DNA of 64,000 bases from NCBI GenBank assembly GCA_963731635.1, contig CAVSWB010000001.1:73679-137678 (forward strand). Direction: 5' to 3'. The notes beneath the pieces are model-generated. The model had not been told where the DNA came from. It saw only the letters and a program-made list of their open reading frames with translations, and did no database searches. The position numbers and the translations under genes were made by a program. Numbering within the stretch: position 1 is the stretch's first letter; each line of letters begins with the position of its first letter. The DNA is from an uncultured Chloroflexia bacterium. GTDB lineage: Bacteria; Chloroflexota; Limnocylindria; Limnocylindrales; CSP1-4. Positions 35,602-46,589 of the stretch are shown here, piece by piece.

Positions 35602-36393
35602 ATGAATGTGACCACGTCAAAGGACGGAACGCGAATTGCCTACGAGCTGACCGGCAAGGGCCCCGCGCTGGTTGTCGTCAACGGCGCGCTCGGGGATCGG
35701 AGCGTGACGGCGACGCTGGCCGATGCTCTCGCCTCGAAGTTCGCCGTCTTCGCCTACGACCGGCGCGGTCGAGGCGACAGCGGCGACACCCAGCCGTATG
35801 CGGTCGAGCGTGAGATCGAAGACCTCCAGGCCGTCATCGGCGCGGCCGGTGGGGGCGCCTTCGTGTTCGGCCACTCCTCGGGAGCGGCGCTCGCGCTCGA
35901 GGCGGCCGTTCGCGGCCTCGATGTCACGAGACTCGCGCTCTACGAGCCGCCCTACGTCGTGGACGACAGCCGGTCGCCCCTGCCCGACGATTACATCCCG
36001 ACGCTCCGTGGACTCGTCGCCGCGGGCCACCTCGGCGATGCGGTCGAATACTTCTGGCGAGTCGCGGTCGAGCTTCCACCCGACGTGATCGCCCAGATGC
36101 GGCTCGGGCCGATGTGGCCGGGGGTGGAAGCATTGGGCCACACGGTGCTATACGACAGTCTGATCTTGGACGGCCACATGGCCGGCAAGCCGCTCCCCGC
36201 CGAGTGGGCTCGCCTGACAATCCCGACCCTGGTCATGGACGGCGGCGCGAGCCCCGACTCGATGCGCAATGCCGTCGCGGCCGTGGCAGCGCTCCTTCCC
36301 GGCGCCGAGCGGCGAACGCTGGAGGGTCAGGGCCACGGCGCACCGGCAGAAGTGCTCGCCCCGTTGCTCGAGGCCTTCTTCCTCGGTCGCTGA
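35602..36393 (+). CDS. Alpha/beta hydrolase
   Basis: DGTRIAYELTG, YDRRGRGDS and the nucleophile motif GHSSGA. The start was trimmed to MNVTTSKDG at 35602. Confidence 0.85.
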   Translation: MNVTTSKDGTRIAYELTGKGPALVVVNGALGDRSVTATLADALASKFAVFAYDRRGRGDSGDTQPYAVEREIEDLQAVIGAAGGGAFVFGHSSGAALALEAAVRGLDVTRLALYEPPYVVDDSRSPLPDDYIPTLRGLVAAGHLGDAVEYFWRVAVELPPDVIAQMRLGPMWPGVEALGHTVLYDSLILDGHMAGKPLPAEWARLTIPTLVMDGGASPDSMRNAVAAVAALLPGAERRTLEGQGHGAPAEVLAPLLEAFFLGR

Positions 36394-36532
36394 TTTCTTC
36401 CTCGATCGCCGATTCTCGGCCTCGTCCTGCTGGGCCTGGAGTTCGGTGGATGGCGCTGCGCGGCCAGGAATTCGTCGGCGCGCCGCATCAGCTGCGCGGC
36501 CGCCGCCGGATTGCTGGTCGGCGCGAATCCGG

Positions 36533-37999
<1,467 letters not shown>

Positions 38000-38100
38000 T
38001 GGCATCCTTCGCACACTGTTCGCTGGCAGTCTAACCTCGGAGCGCCTGATCGCAGCCGGCCCGTCACCCTTGGTGATATCGAGCCGCTTGCGCCGATCGT

Positions 38101-38454
38101 TCAGCAGGTGACGTGGAGTATCGCGAAGACGTCGGCCGGGTCGACGTCGCCCAGCAGCCGGCACGCCTCCTCCGTCGGCAGCGCCTCGATCGAGATCCCG
38201 CGGCGCCCGGCTTCCTCGCTCAATTCGGTCGAGATAGGTAGTTGCCCCTTGGCGCCGGTCCCCACGATGAGCCGCCGGCCGCCCCACGGGATCTCTTCTG
38301 CGGCGGTCAGCGGCGTGTGCCGGCCGCGGTGCGGCAAGGCCTTGGACGGGGCCTTGTCCCGCTTACGTATGCGGCCGGCTTCGATCACGACGTCGCGGCG
38401 GTAGGTCTGGCCCTCGATCTCGAGTTGTCCGAAGGCAACCAGCTCGGCTTTCAT
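38101..38454 (-). CDS. Mth938-like (DUF498) domain protein
   Basis: 117 aa. FGQLEIEGQTYRRDVVI ... LIVGTGAKGQLPI ... ILHVTC. Confidence 0.7.
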   Translation of the reverse strand: MKAELVAFGQLEIEGQTYRRDVVIEAGRIRKRDKAPSKALPHRGRHTPLTAAEEIPWGGRRLIVGTGAKGQLPISTELSEEAGRRGISIEALPTEEACRLLGDVDPADVFAILHVTC

Positions 38455-38628
38455 CGGCTCATCCTAGCGCGACTCGTGCCTGCCGCCCGGCTGCGGCGCG
38501 GCCGGTTCCGCGGACCCGAGGCGCCGTGTAACGCGTCTGTCGCGAGGCAGTCATAGCCGCGTCACGAAAGCTCATCAGCGTGTCCCGCGGCTCGGCAAGC
38601 ACCGCCGAGAAGACAGGAGGAACAGCTG

Positions 38629-39717
38629 ATGCATCGACGATTGATCGGCGCGGCCGGACTGGTGACGGTTCTGGCGCTTGCCGTTCCCGGATTGGCGACC
38701 GCGCACGACGGGGCCGCCGGCTACGTCTACACCGAGACGAACGCGTCCACCGGTAATTCGATCCTGGCCTTCGCCCGGAGCAGCGCCGGAGACCTGAACT
38801 GGATCGGCACGTTCTCCACACACGGCGCCGGGACTGGCGGCGGCCTCGCTACCCAGGGTGAAGTCATCCTCGCCGGCGGCGGCAAGTGGCTGCTCGCTGT
38901 GAATGCGGGGAGCGACGACATTTCGGTCTTTCGGGTGGCCGACGATGGGCGCCTGGTCCTGACCGATCGCGAGGGCGCGCGGGGCACGGACCCGGTGAGC
39001 ATCACCGTTAGCCGCGACATCGCCTACGTCCTCGACGCCGGCGGCAGCAGCAACATCGTGGGCTTCCGGCTCGACGGCGGCAAGCTGCACTACCTGCCCG
39101 GATCCACGCGGCCGCTCTCCGGGGCCGCCACCAACCCCGCCGAGGTGGCCTTCAGCACCGACGGCCGCTTCCTCGTCGTAACCGAGCGCGCCACCAACTT
39201 GCTCGACACGTACAAGGTGAGCGCCTCGGGGTGGGCCGGCTCGCCGGTCACCACGGCATCGGCCGGTCCCACGCCGTACGGCTTCGCCTTCGGCCTGCGC
39301 AACCACCCGATCGTGTCCGAAGCGGCGAATAGCGCGCTGTCGTCCTACCGGCTCAGCTCGGGCGGCGCGACGGTGATCTCCGCAAGCGTCCCGACCGGCG
39401 GCATAGCAGCTTGCTGGGTAACGGTCACGCCGAACGGCCGCTGGGCCTTCGACACGAACGCCCACGGCGGAACGATCTCGTCGTTCGAAGTCCACGCCAG
39501 CGGCGCAATCGAGCTGGTCCACTCCGTCGCCGCCGATACCGGCACCGGCAGTGCGCCACTCGATCTGCAGACCAGCTCCGACGGCAGGTTCCTTTACGTC
39601 AACGAATCCGGCGCCAACCGGATCGGCGGCTACCGGATCGGCCTGGGGGGAACGCTCGTTCCGATTTCCGGAGCGCCCGTCCTGCCGGCCGGCGCAAGCG
39701 GGCTGGCCGTCTCCTGA
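38629..39717 (+). CDS. Secreted beta-propeller-fold lactonase-family protein
   Basis: Signal peptide (LALAVPGLATA-HD). Repeated blade motifs (YVYTETNAS.GNSILAF, LLAVNAGSDDISVF, YVLDAGGSSNIVGF, FLYVNESGANRIGGY). Confidence 0.75.
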   Translation: MHRRLIGAAGLVTVLALAVPGLATAHDGAAGYVYTETNASTGNSILAFARSSAGDLNWIGTFSTHGAGTGGGLATQGEVILAGGGKWLLAVNAGSDDISVFRVADDGRLVLTDREGARGTDPVSITVSRDIAYVLDAGGSSNIVGFRLDGGKLHYLPGSTRPLSGAATNPAEVAFSTDGRFLVVTERATNLLDTYKVSASGWAGSPVTTASAGPTPYGFAFGLRNHPIVSEAANSALSSYRLSSGGATVISASVPTGGIAACWVTVTPNGRWAFDTNAHGGTISSFEVHASGAIELVHSVAADTGTGSAPLDLQTSSDGRFLYVNESGANRIGGYRIGLGGTLVPISGAPVLPAGASGLAVS

Positions 39718-39812
39718 CGCGGAATTTCGCGGACCTGGGCCGGGCGGCGCAACGCGTCTCCCGGCCTTCCGCGTGGAGCAACGATTTGGACCGATCCACC
39801 TACGATCCGCTC

Positions 39813-40532
39813 ATGAGCAACCCGAAGCCGCCCATTCTGGTCGTCGACGACGACGCCAAGATCGTTCGGCTCGTTCGGATGTACCTGGAGCGAGAAGGAT
39901 TCCGCGTGGTCGAAGCCTCCGACGGTCGTTCCGCGCTGGCGGCGATCGCCCTGGAGGCGCCGGCGCTGGTCGTGCTCGACATGATGCTCCCCGAGGTCGA
40001 TGGGCTCTCGATCATCCGGGCGGTCCGGCGAACCGACCGAACGCCGATCGTCGTCCTCTCGGCCCGGGGCTCGACCTCGGACCGGATCGCAGGTTTGACG
40101 GAAGGCGCCGACGACTACGTGCCCAAGCCTTTCTCACCGGCGGAGCTGGTGGTCCGGATCAAGCGAGTCCTGGAGCGATCCAGCAGCCGGGATGCGGCGC
40201 GGCCGGCGGCCGGGATCGTCGTCCACCGCGACCTGGTGCTCGACCGCGACCGGCACGAGGCGAGCGTTGCGGGACGGCCGATCGAGCTGACCGCCCTGGA
40301 GTTCCGGCTGCTCGCCGCCCTTATCGAGGCCGGCGGCCGAGTCCTGACGCGCGACCAGCTGATGGATGCGGTCTACGGCGACGGCGAGACCTACGTCCTG
40401 GACCGGACGATCGACGCGCTGATCAAGCGCCTCCGCGACAAGCTCGACGACGACGCGGATCGACCGCGGTACGTGGCCACGGTCAGAGGCGTCGGCTACC
40501 GGGCGGCGCGCATCGAAGCGGGTGCGGCATGA
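39813..40532 (+). CDS. OmpR-family response regulator
   Basis: ILVVDDD...VLDMMLPEVDG...ADDYVPKPF receiver domain plus a winged-helix C-terminus (LTALEFRLLAAL...VATVRGVGYR). Confidence 0.9.
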   Translation: MSNPKPPILVVDDDAKIVRLVRMYLEREGFRVVEASDGRSALAAIALEAPALVVLDMMLPEVDGLSIIRAVRRTDRTPIVVLSARGSTSDRIAGLTEGADDYVPKPFSPAELVVRIKRVLERSSSRDAARPAAGIVVHRDLVLDRDRHEASVAGRPIELTALEFRLLAALIEAGGRVLTRDQLMDAVYGDGETYVLDRTIDALIKRLRDKLDDDADRPRYVATVRGVGYRAARIEAGAA

Positions 40533-41689
40533 CTCGGCCCGGGCTGCCCCGGGGCATTGCGGCGCGGATCGCCGCGGCGGCGATATTCGTGGCCACGATC
40601 GCCGTCGGGATCGTTGCCGCCGGCACGCTCGTGCTCGGCGCCGACTCCTTCGTCCATCTTATGACGGCCGACGGCCACACCGCCGCATCGGCTCAGGCGA
40701 TGTTCGACGAGTCCGTGGGGCGGATCGTCGGCCTGGCGCTGGTCGTCGCGATCGGAGCCGGAGCGGCACTCTCCGCATTGCTGGGGTACCGGATTGCCCG
40801 GCCGCTTCGCGAGGTGAGGCGGGCGGCACGCAGGATTGCCGAGGGCGATTACGAGGCTCGCGTCCCGCGAGAGGGGCCGGAGGAGTTGACGAGCCTGGCC
40901 GACTCGTTCAACGACATGGCCCAGTCGCTCCAGGAGCAGGAACGGCTCCGACGCGAGTTCATCGCCAATGCGGCCCACGAGCTGCGAACTCCGCTGACCA
41001 ATCTCCAGGGCTATCTCGAGGCCTTGCGCGATGAGGTAATACCGGCGGATCGAGCCACGTTCGAGTCTCTCTGGGACGAGGCCGAGCGGCTCGTCCGGCT
41101 GTCGACTTCGCTGCAGCTGCTCGCCGAAGGAGACTCCATGGCCGGCGGACGGGATCTTGTCGTGCTCAACGTCGCGGCAGCCGTGCGGTCGGCGGCCGAG
41201 CTGGTCGCCCCCTCGATGGCCCAGGCGGATCTGGCCTTCGACGTCCGCGTGGAACACTCGCTCGAAGCCCTCGCGGATTCGGACGGGCTCGCGCAGGTCC
41301 TGGCGAACCTGCTCCAGAATGCCGCGCGCTATACGCCCCGTGGCGGCTCGGTGACGCTCACTGGCGAACGGCGGCCGGGGAGAGTGGTCGTTTCGGTGTC
41401 GAACACGGGGCCGGGCATACCGCCCGCGGACCTGCCCTACGTCTTCGAGCGGTTCTACCGCGTCGAGAAGTCCCGCGACGCTGCCCGCGGCGGGGCAGGC
41501 ATCGGCCTCGCGATCGTCCGCCAGATCGTGGAATCGCTCGGCGGCAGCGTGGGCGCCGAATCCGACGAGCGCCTGACTCGGTTCTGGTTCAGCCTGCCGG
41601 CGGCCGGCCGCCACATCGCCGAGCCGATCGCCGAGCCGATCGGCGAGGTCCCGGGTCTGCGCCGCGTCGGATCGTCCGATCGCCGATAG
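40529..41689 (+). CDS. Sensor histidine kinase (two TM helices, HAMP, HisKA, HATPase_c)
   Basis: ATGA overlap with the response regulator gene. H-box FIANAAHELRTPLT, N-box LLQNAARYTP, and G-boxes NTGPGIP and GGAGIGLAIV. Confidence 0.9.
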   Translation: MTRPGLPRGIAARIAAAAIFVATIAVGIVAAGTLVLGADSFVHLMTADGHTAASAQAMFDESVGRIVGLALVVAIGAGAALSALLGYRIARPLREVRRAARRIAEGDYEARVPREGPEELTSLADSFNDMAQSLQEQERLRREFIANAAHELRTPLTNLQGYLEALRDEVIPADRATFESLWDEAERLVRLSTSLQLLAEGDSMAGGRDLVVLNVAAAVRSAAELVAPSMAQADLAFDVRVEHSLEALADSDGLAQVLANLLQNAARYTPRGGSVTLTGERRPGRVVVSVSNTGPGIPPADLPYVFERFYRVEKSRDAARGGAGIGLAIVRQIVESLGGSVGAESDERLTRFWFSLPAAGRHIAEPIAEPIGEVPGLRRVGSSDRR

Positions 41690-41694
41690 AGAAA

Positions 41695-41723
41695 GAGCCG
41701 GCGGCTCGAAGAACCGCCGGCTC
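41695..41723. terminator. Bidirectional stem-loop between convergent genes
   Basis: Perfect 10-bp stem GAGCCGGCGG / CCGCCGGCTC with a 9-nt loop, placed between the kinase stop (41689) and the beta-helix gene stop (41741). No clear U-tract. Confidence 0.55.
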
Positions 41724-41740
41724 CGCTGCTCACCAATGAG

Positions 41741-42919
41741 CTAGTTGGTGTGGTGGGCCACCGAAGACGAGTAGTGGTTGCTCGACAGGCCGTGGACCGT
41801 GAGCGGCCCGGCGATGAAGATGCCCCAGAACTCGTTCGAAACGTGGTTGTCGACCACGGCAACGCTCACCGGGACCACGGCGCTGAAGAGCGCGATGCCC
41901 GTGGGATGGCCGCTGCCCGAGTCGGGGTCGATGCCGTTGCCCGAAATCCAGTTACCGATGATGGAGTTGCCCGAAACGTTCTGGCCCGGCGCGTGAGCGT
42001 GGATGCCCACCCCGGCCTCGCCGTTGTTGCGGAGCACGTTCCCGACGACTCGGTTGTTGTAGGAAGCCGTGCCCGGGAACGGGGCGAACATGCCGACGCC
42101 GGCGCCGCCGTTGCCCTCGGAGATGTTGCCGAGGATCAGGTTGTCGTAGACGCCGCCCATGGTCGGGTCGGTCATCGCCTTCGCGTTGTGGGACGGCAGG
42201 GTGATCCCGCAATCCTGGGCGTTGTTCTTCGAAACGTTGCCGACTATGTAGTTGTGCGCGCTCGGTCCGACCTCGTCGGTGACGAGGAGGCCGCCGACGT
42301 TGTTCTCGATGACGTTGTCGACGACTCGAGACCAGGTCACGCTGAGCAGGTGGAGGCCTTCTCCGCAGTCGCCGGGGACGTTGCCCTGAGCCTGGCATTC
42401 CAGGGTGAGCGTGGTATTGAAGCCCGCGTCATTCAGGCGGATCGTGTTGTCCTGGATGCGAACCTTGGTCGTTCCCGCCACGAGGATGCCCTCACCGGTG
42501 GCGTGCTCCACCGTGAAGCCCTCGACTACTGTTCCGGCCGCGCCGGGGCCGAACACCAGCAGCCCGTAACCCACGACGCCCATTCCGGCCAGCGGCTGGA
42601 TCCCGCCGTTCTGCCCGGTGGCGTCGATGGTGGCGTCGTCGCCGACGAGTGTCAGCTGCTTGGTGATCGATACCTGTTCGGCATACGTGCCGTCCGCGAC
42701 ATGTATCACGGACCCGGCAGGCGCTACCGAAACCGCGTGGCCGATGGTCAGGCACGGCTGAAGCTTCGAGCACGAATTGGCGTCGTTGCCGTTGTGCGCC
42801 GAGACGTATAGCCCGGGCGACGCGGCCGTGGCGACGGGGGCGCCGAGCAGTGTCACGGCCATTGCGGCTGCAAGCCCGCCCGCGGCAATTCGAGCGAGCC
42901 GGTGGGACGAAACGATCAT
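41741..42919 (-). CDS. Secreted right-handed parallel beta-helix repeat protein (NosD/pectate-lyase-fold)
   Basis: Signal peptide ...APVATAAS. The opening NGNDANSCSKLQPCLTIGHAV...GSVIHVADGTYAE is typical of this fold. Repeated N.I..N..G motifs. GGAGGAG RBS. Confidence 0.8.
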   Translation of the reverse strand: MIVSSHRLARIAAGGLAAAMAVTLLGAPVATAASPGLYVSAHNGNDANSCSKLQPCLTIGHAVSVAPAGSVIHVADGTYAEQVSITKQLTLVGDDATIDATGQNGGIQPLAGMGVVGYGLLVFGPGAAGTVVEGFTVEHATGEGILVAGTTKVRIQDNTIRLNDAGFNTTLTLECQAQGNVPGDCGEGLHLLSVTWSRVVDNVIENNVGGLLVTDEVGPSAHNYIVGNVSKNNAQDCGITLPSHNAKAMTDPTMGGVYDNLILGNISEGNGGAGVGMFAPFPGTASYNNRVVGNVLRNNGEAGVGIHAHAPGQNVSGNSIIGNWISGNGIDPDSGSGHPTGIALFSAVVPVSVAVVDNHVSNEFWGIFIAGPLTVHGLSSNHYSSSVAHHTN

Positions 42920-43322
42920 GAGGCTCCTCCAAGCCTGCGCCCGAGTCCGCGCGCGCCGCCGAACCGATGCGCAGCTTTCGACTGCAGGGTTTGACCTCCA
43001 GGGACCGTCGCGGTGGCGCGCGAAACCGCGACAAGACGGGTCCGTGGCGGGCAGAGTCTGGCGGCTTGGGAGCGGCCCGCGACAGTCCCGTCGCGGTCCA
43101 TGACGCCCGCGGGGCATGTCGTCCCACGCACCGGCCCGTACCACCCGGAAGCTCAGCCGGGTCCCATCCGGCTGAGGCTCTCGATCCCCACCCGCGCCGG
43201 AGCCGATCTCTGGGCTTGGTACCACCTGACCCCTCCCGGCAGGACGAGAGGGCTAGTCCGGCCGCGCCCTCCCGAGACCTACGGTGGGACGGTCAAAGCC
43301 CAGACAGGTCGGACTGCCGAAC

Positions 43323-44234
43323 ATGCCCAGCTCTGGAACGCTCCAAGACGCCGCGCCGCGCCGCTCCGCGCATCGAATTCGGATAGCCGCCGCGGCATTC
43401 GCCCTTGCGATCGTAACGATTGCCTCGACCGCAGGGACGGCATTCGCCTGGAACAGCTCGGCGTTCAGCCCGAGTGACGAGCAACTCCTGCTCTCGCTGA
43501 CCAATCAAGACCGAAGTCAGGCCGGGCTCGGCGCGCTCGTGAACGACCCCTACCTTCACAAGGAAGCCGAGTGGCGCGCCAAGGACATGGGCGACAACGG
43601 CTACTTCAGCCACAACATCCCGCCCACCAACAACCTGGTCTTCGCTTACATGCAGACCGACGGCTACTGCTTCAAGACCGCCGGCGAGAACATCGGCTAC
43701 AGCACCTACGGCGACGACGTCGTGACCGCGAACATCGAGGTCGCGTTCATGGCCTCCCCGGGCCACCGCGCCAACATCCTGGGCGCCTGGGCCCACATCG
43801 GCGTCGGCGCGTATAAGGCGGCCGACGGCAAGAAGCTTTACGCGGTCCTGTTCTCGATTCCGTGCGGCGCGACCGTCACGACGGCCGCACCCGTGGCGAC
43901 CGCGAAGGTGGTCCGCGCAGCGACTCCGGCACCCACGCGCAAGCCGACCACGAAGCCCGCGACCGCCCGCCCGGTCGTAGCGCCTACGGCGAGCCCCACA
44001 GCGAGCCCAACGCCGAGCCCGACGCCGAGCCTCGAACCGACTCCGACCGCTTCCCCGAGCCCGAGTCCGAGCCCGACGCCGAGCGCCAGCCCGACCGAGC
44101 AGTCGCAGGGCGCTCCTTCGGCAACGACGCCAACCGACCGGCCTGCGAGCTTGCGAGTCCATACGGACACCGCCTCCCGCGGCCTCCTCGACTCGCTCTT
44201 CAGCACGCTCTTCGGAGGCCTATTCGGCTCGTAG
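43323..44234 (+). CDS. Secreted CAP/SCP-domain protein with Pro/Thr/Ser-rich C-terminal linker
   Basis: Signal/TM segment, then the CAP motifs NQDRSQAGLGAL, GENIGY and SPGHRANIL. The tail is PTASPTASPTPSPTPSLEPTPTASPSPSPSPTPSASP. Confidence 0.8.
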   Translation: MPSSGTLQDAAPRRSAHRIRIAAAAFALAIVTIASTAGTAFAWNSSAFSPSDEQLLLSLTNQDRSQAGLGALVNDPYLHKEAEWRAKDMGDNGYFSHNIPPTNNLVFAYMQTDGYCFKTAGENIGYSTYGDDVVTANIEVAFMASPGHRANILGAWAHIGVGAYKAADGKKLYAVLFSIPCGATVTTAAPVATAKVVRAATPAPTRKPTTKPATARPVVAPTASPTASPTPSPTPSLEPTPTASPSPSPSPTPSASPTEQSQGAPSATTPTDRPASLRVHTDTASRGLLDSLFSTLFGGLFGS

Positions 44235-44254
44235 ACCGCGTCAGCGCGCCGCGA

Positions 44255-45205
44255 CTACGCGGCCGGTTCCTCCGCCTCGGCCCGGGGCGGCCGACCTTCC
44301 TCCATCACCGGACGCGCGCCCGAGCCGCGTGCGGCTCCCGGCCGCGTGGCCAGCGTCGAGCCCAGGATGACTAGCCCGAACCCGATGGCCATGCCCGGCG
44401 TGAACGTCTCGCTCAGGACCACGACGCCGAGGACGGCCGCGACCGCCGGGTTTATGTAGGTGATCACGGTGGCACGCACCGGACCGATCTCGTCGATGAG
44501 CGCCGAGAACAACACGAACGCGAGCGCCGTGCACACCAGACCCAGGATCGCGACGGCCGCGATTGCGTCCGCGGATGGGAGCACCGCGGGTCGCTGAAGC
44601 AGGGCGACCGGCGCATAGACGAGCGCGCACAGCGAGAGGGAAAGAGCCATGACACCCACGCTGGGCAACCCGGCCAGGCGCCGTGCGAGGATCGCGGGGC
44701 CCAGCGCATAGCCGAGTACGACGACGCCCATCTCGAGGAACGCGGTGGTGTCGGACGAGCCGAGATTGACCCCGATGATCGCGACGACGCCGCACAGGCC
44801 GAGCAGCAGGCCGAAGAGGCCGCGGGCGCCCGTGCGCTCCCGGCTTCCGGAGCTGAGGGCGATCACCGTGCCGACCAGCGGCACTCCAGCGACCAGCAGG
44901 CCGGCGAGCGAGCTCGTCACGTGCTGCTCGGCCGAACCGAGGAGCACCCACGGAACGCCGACTTCTACGACGGCGAACGCGACGACCCAGCGCCAGCGCG
45001 CCAGGACCGCACGGAAATCGGTACGCAGCAGGGCGATCGGCAGCAGCACCAGGCTCGCGACGGCGGTTCGGGCGAAGACGAGCGTCGCGGGCGAAATCTC
45101 CTTCACGGCGACCCGGATCAGCAGGTACGGGATGCCCCAGATAACAGACATCGCGACGAACAGGATCAAGGCGCGCCGAGCTTGCACGTAGGTCGGAGCA
45201 TTCAT
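44255..45205 (-). CDS. EamA/DMT-superfamily transporter
   Basis: Ten TM-like segments in a duplicated EamA pattern (VIWGIPYLLIRVAV...). The start was trimmed to MNAPTY at 45205. Confidence 0.85.
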   Translation of the reverse strand: MNAPTYVQARRALILFVAMSVIWGIPYLLIRVAVKEISPATLVFARTAVASLVLLPIALLRTDFRAVLARWRWVVAFAVVEVGVPWVLLGSAEQHVTSSLAGLLVAGVPLVGTVIALSSGSRERTGARGLFGLLLGLCGVVAIIGVNLGSSDTTAFLEMGVVVLGYALGPAILARRLAGLPSVGVMALSLSLCALVYAPVALLQRPAVLPSADAIAAVAILGLVCTALAFVLFSALIDEIGPVRATVITYINPAVAAVLGVVVLSETFTPGMAIGFGLVILGSTLATRPGAARGSGARPVMEEGRPPRAEAEEPAA

Positions 45206-45507
45206 CGGTCGATCTTCGCAGAAGTCGCGTCTCGTCGCGGCCGTGGGGCCGGCCAACCAGTTCGCGGGACGGGACGCGGTTGGGACGCGAACCGGGCCGT
45301 GCGACGATCGGACCGACACCGCTTGGCGGGACGTATTCGCAACCGCGTCGCGGCGCGCCGCCGGCTCCGCAACAATCCGGCCGTGAGCAGCGCAGCGGTG
45401 TCCTGGGGTCGCGGGTTCGATCCGGATCGACTCGCCCGCCTCGAGCTCCGGATGTGGAACGCCTATTACCGCCGCCGGCAATTCGTGCTGCCGGCTGCCC
45501 CTCCCCG

Positions 45508-46518
45508 ATGAGATCGCGCGGTCTCGGGTCGAGCGGCATTCCCGTCAGCGAGATCGGACTTGGACTCGCCGCCATCGGGCGGCCCGGCTACATAACCCTT
45601 GGGCGAGACCGGGATCTCGGGACCGACCGGGCCCCGGAGGCACTCCGGCAGCGGGCTCATGAAGTGCTCGATGCGGCCTACGCCCTGGGCGTCCGCTATG
45701 TCGATGCCGCGCGCTCGTACGGCCGGGCCGAGGAATTCCTGGCCACCTGGCTCGCGGAGCGCTCCTTCGCGCCGGGCCACGTGACCGTTGGCTCGAAATG
45801 GGGCTATCGCTACACCGCGGACTGGCGCGTGGGCGCCGAGGTCAACGAGGTGAAGGACCACTCCCTCGCGAATCTGCGGTGGCAATTGGCCGAGTCCCGC
45901 GCGCTGCTCGGCGACAATCTGCGGCTCTACCAGATCCACTCCGCCACCCTCGAGAGCGGTGTCCTGGCGGACCGCGCGGTGCTCGGCAAGCTGGCTCGAC
46001 TCGGGCAGGACGGCCTCGCGATCGGCCTGACGGTCAGCGGCCCGAACCAGGCCGTGGTCATTCGCACCGCGCTCGAGGTTCGGGTGGACGGCATTTCGCC
46101 TTTTGCCTCGGTTCAGGCGACCTGGAACCTTCTCGAGACTTCTGCAGGCGATGCGCTGGCCGAAGCGAAATCGGCGGGCTGGGGCGTGCTGGTCAAGGAA
46201 GCGCTGGCGAACGGTCGGCTGGCGCGAGCGCCGGCGGTTACGGGCGGGGGCGGTGGCGGGCCCTCGCGGAACGCCGGCCCGCTCGCGTCGGTCGCGGCGA
46301 GGCACGGCTGCCCGGTCGATACGATCGCGATGGCCGCGGTTCTCGCCCAGCCGTGGGCGGACGTCGTGCTGTCGGGCGCGGTCACCGCCGGCCAGCTGGC
46401 GAGCAACATCGCTGCAGTGGACGTGGCTCTCTCCCCCGACGATCTGGCCGAACTCGCCGCCCTGGCCGAACAACCCGCGCGCTACTGGGCGACACGAGCG
46501 GCGCTGCCCTGGACCTGA
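45508..46518 (+). CDS. Aldo/keto reductase
   Basis: LGLAAIGRPGY, YVDAARSYGRAEEFL and LYQIHSAT. The start was trimmed to MRSRGLGSSG at 45508. Confidence 0.85.
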   Translation: MRSRGLGSSGIPVSEIGLGLAAIGRPGYITLGRDRDLGTDRAPEALRQRAHEVLDAAYALGVRYVDAARSYGRAEEFLATWLAERSFAPGHVTVGSKWGYRYTADWRVGAEVNEVKDHSLANLRWQLAESRALLGDNLRLYQIHSATLESGVLADRAVLGKLARLGQDGLAIGLTVSGPNQAVVIRTALEVRVDGISPFASVQATWNLLETSAGDALAEAKSAGWGVLVKEALANGRLARAPAVTGGGGGGPSRNAGPLASVAARHGCPVDTIAMAAVLAQPWADVVLSGAVTAGQLASNIAAVDVALSPDDLAELAALAEQPARYWATRAALPWT

Positions 46519-46589
46519 TCCGAGGCAGGTCCGAAGGCGCCGCGCGCAACGTGGTGGCCCGGCCGACCCTGGAGCAATAGGCTTAACCG

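Noticed and set aside
39551-40528. Upstream extension of the histidine kinase ORF (track start 39551), overlapping the whole response regulator gene.
   Set aside because: The extension is Arg/Pro-rich and out of frame with the clearly real response regulator. The kinase N-terminus with TM helices begins at the ATG at 40529, which forms an ATGA overlap with the regulator's stop.
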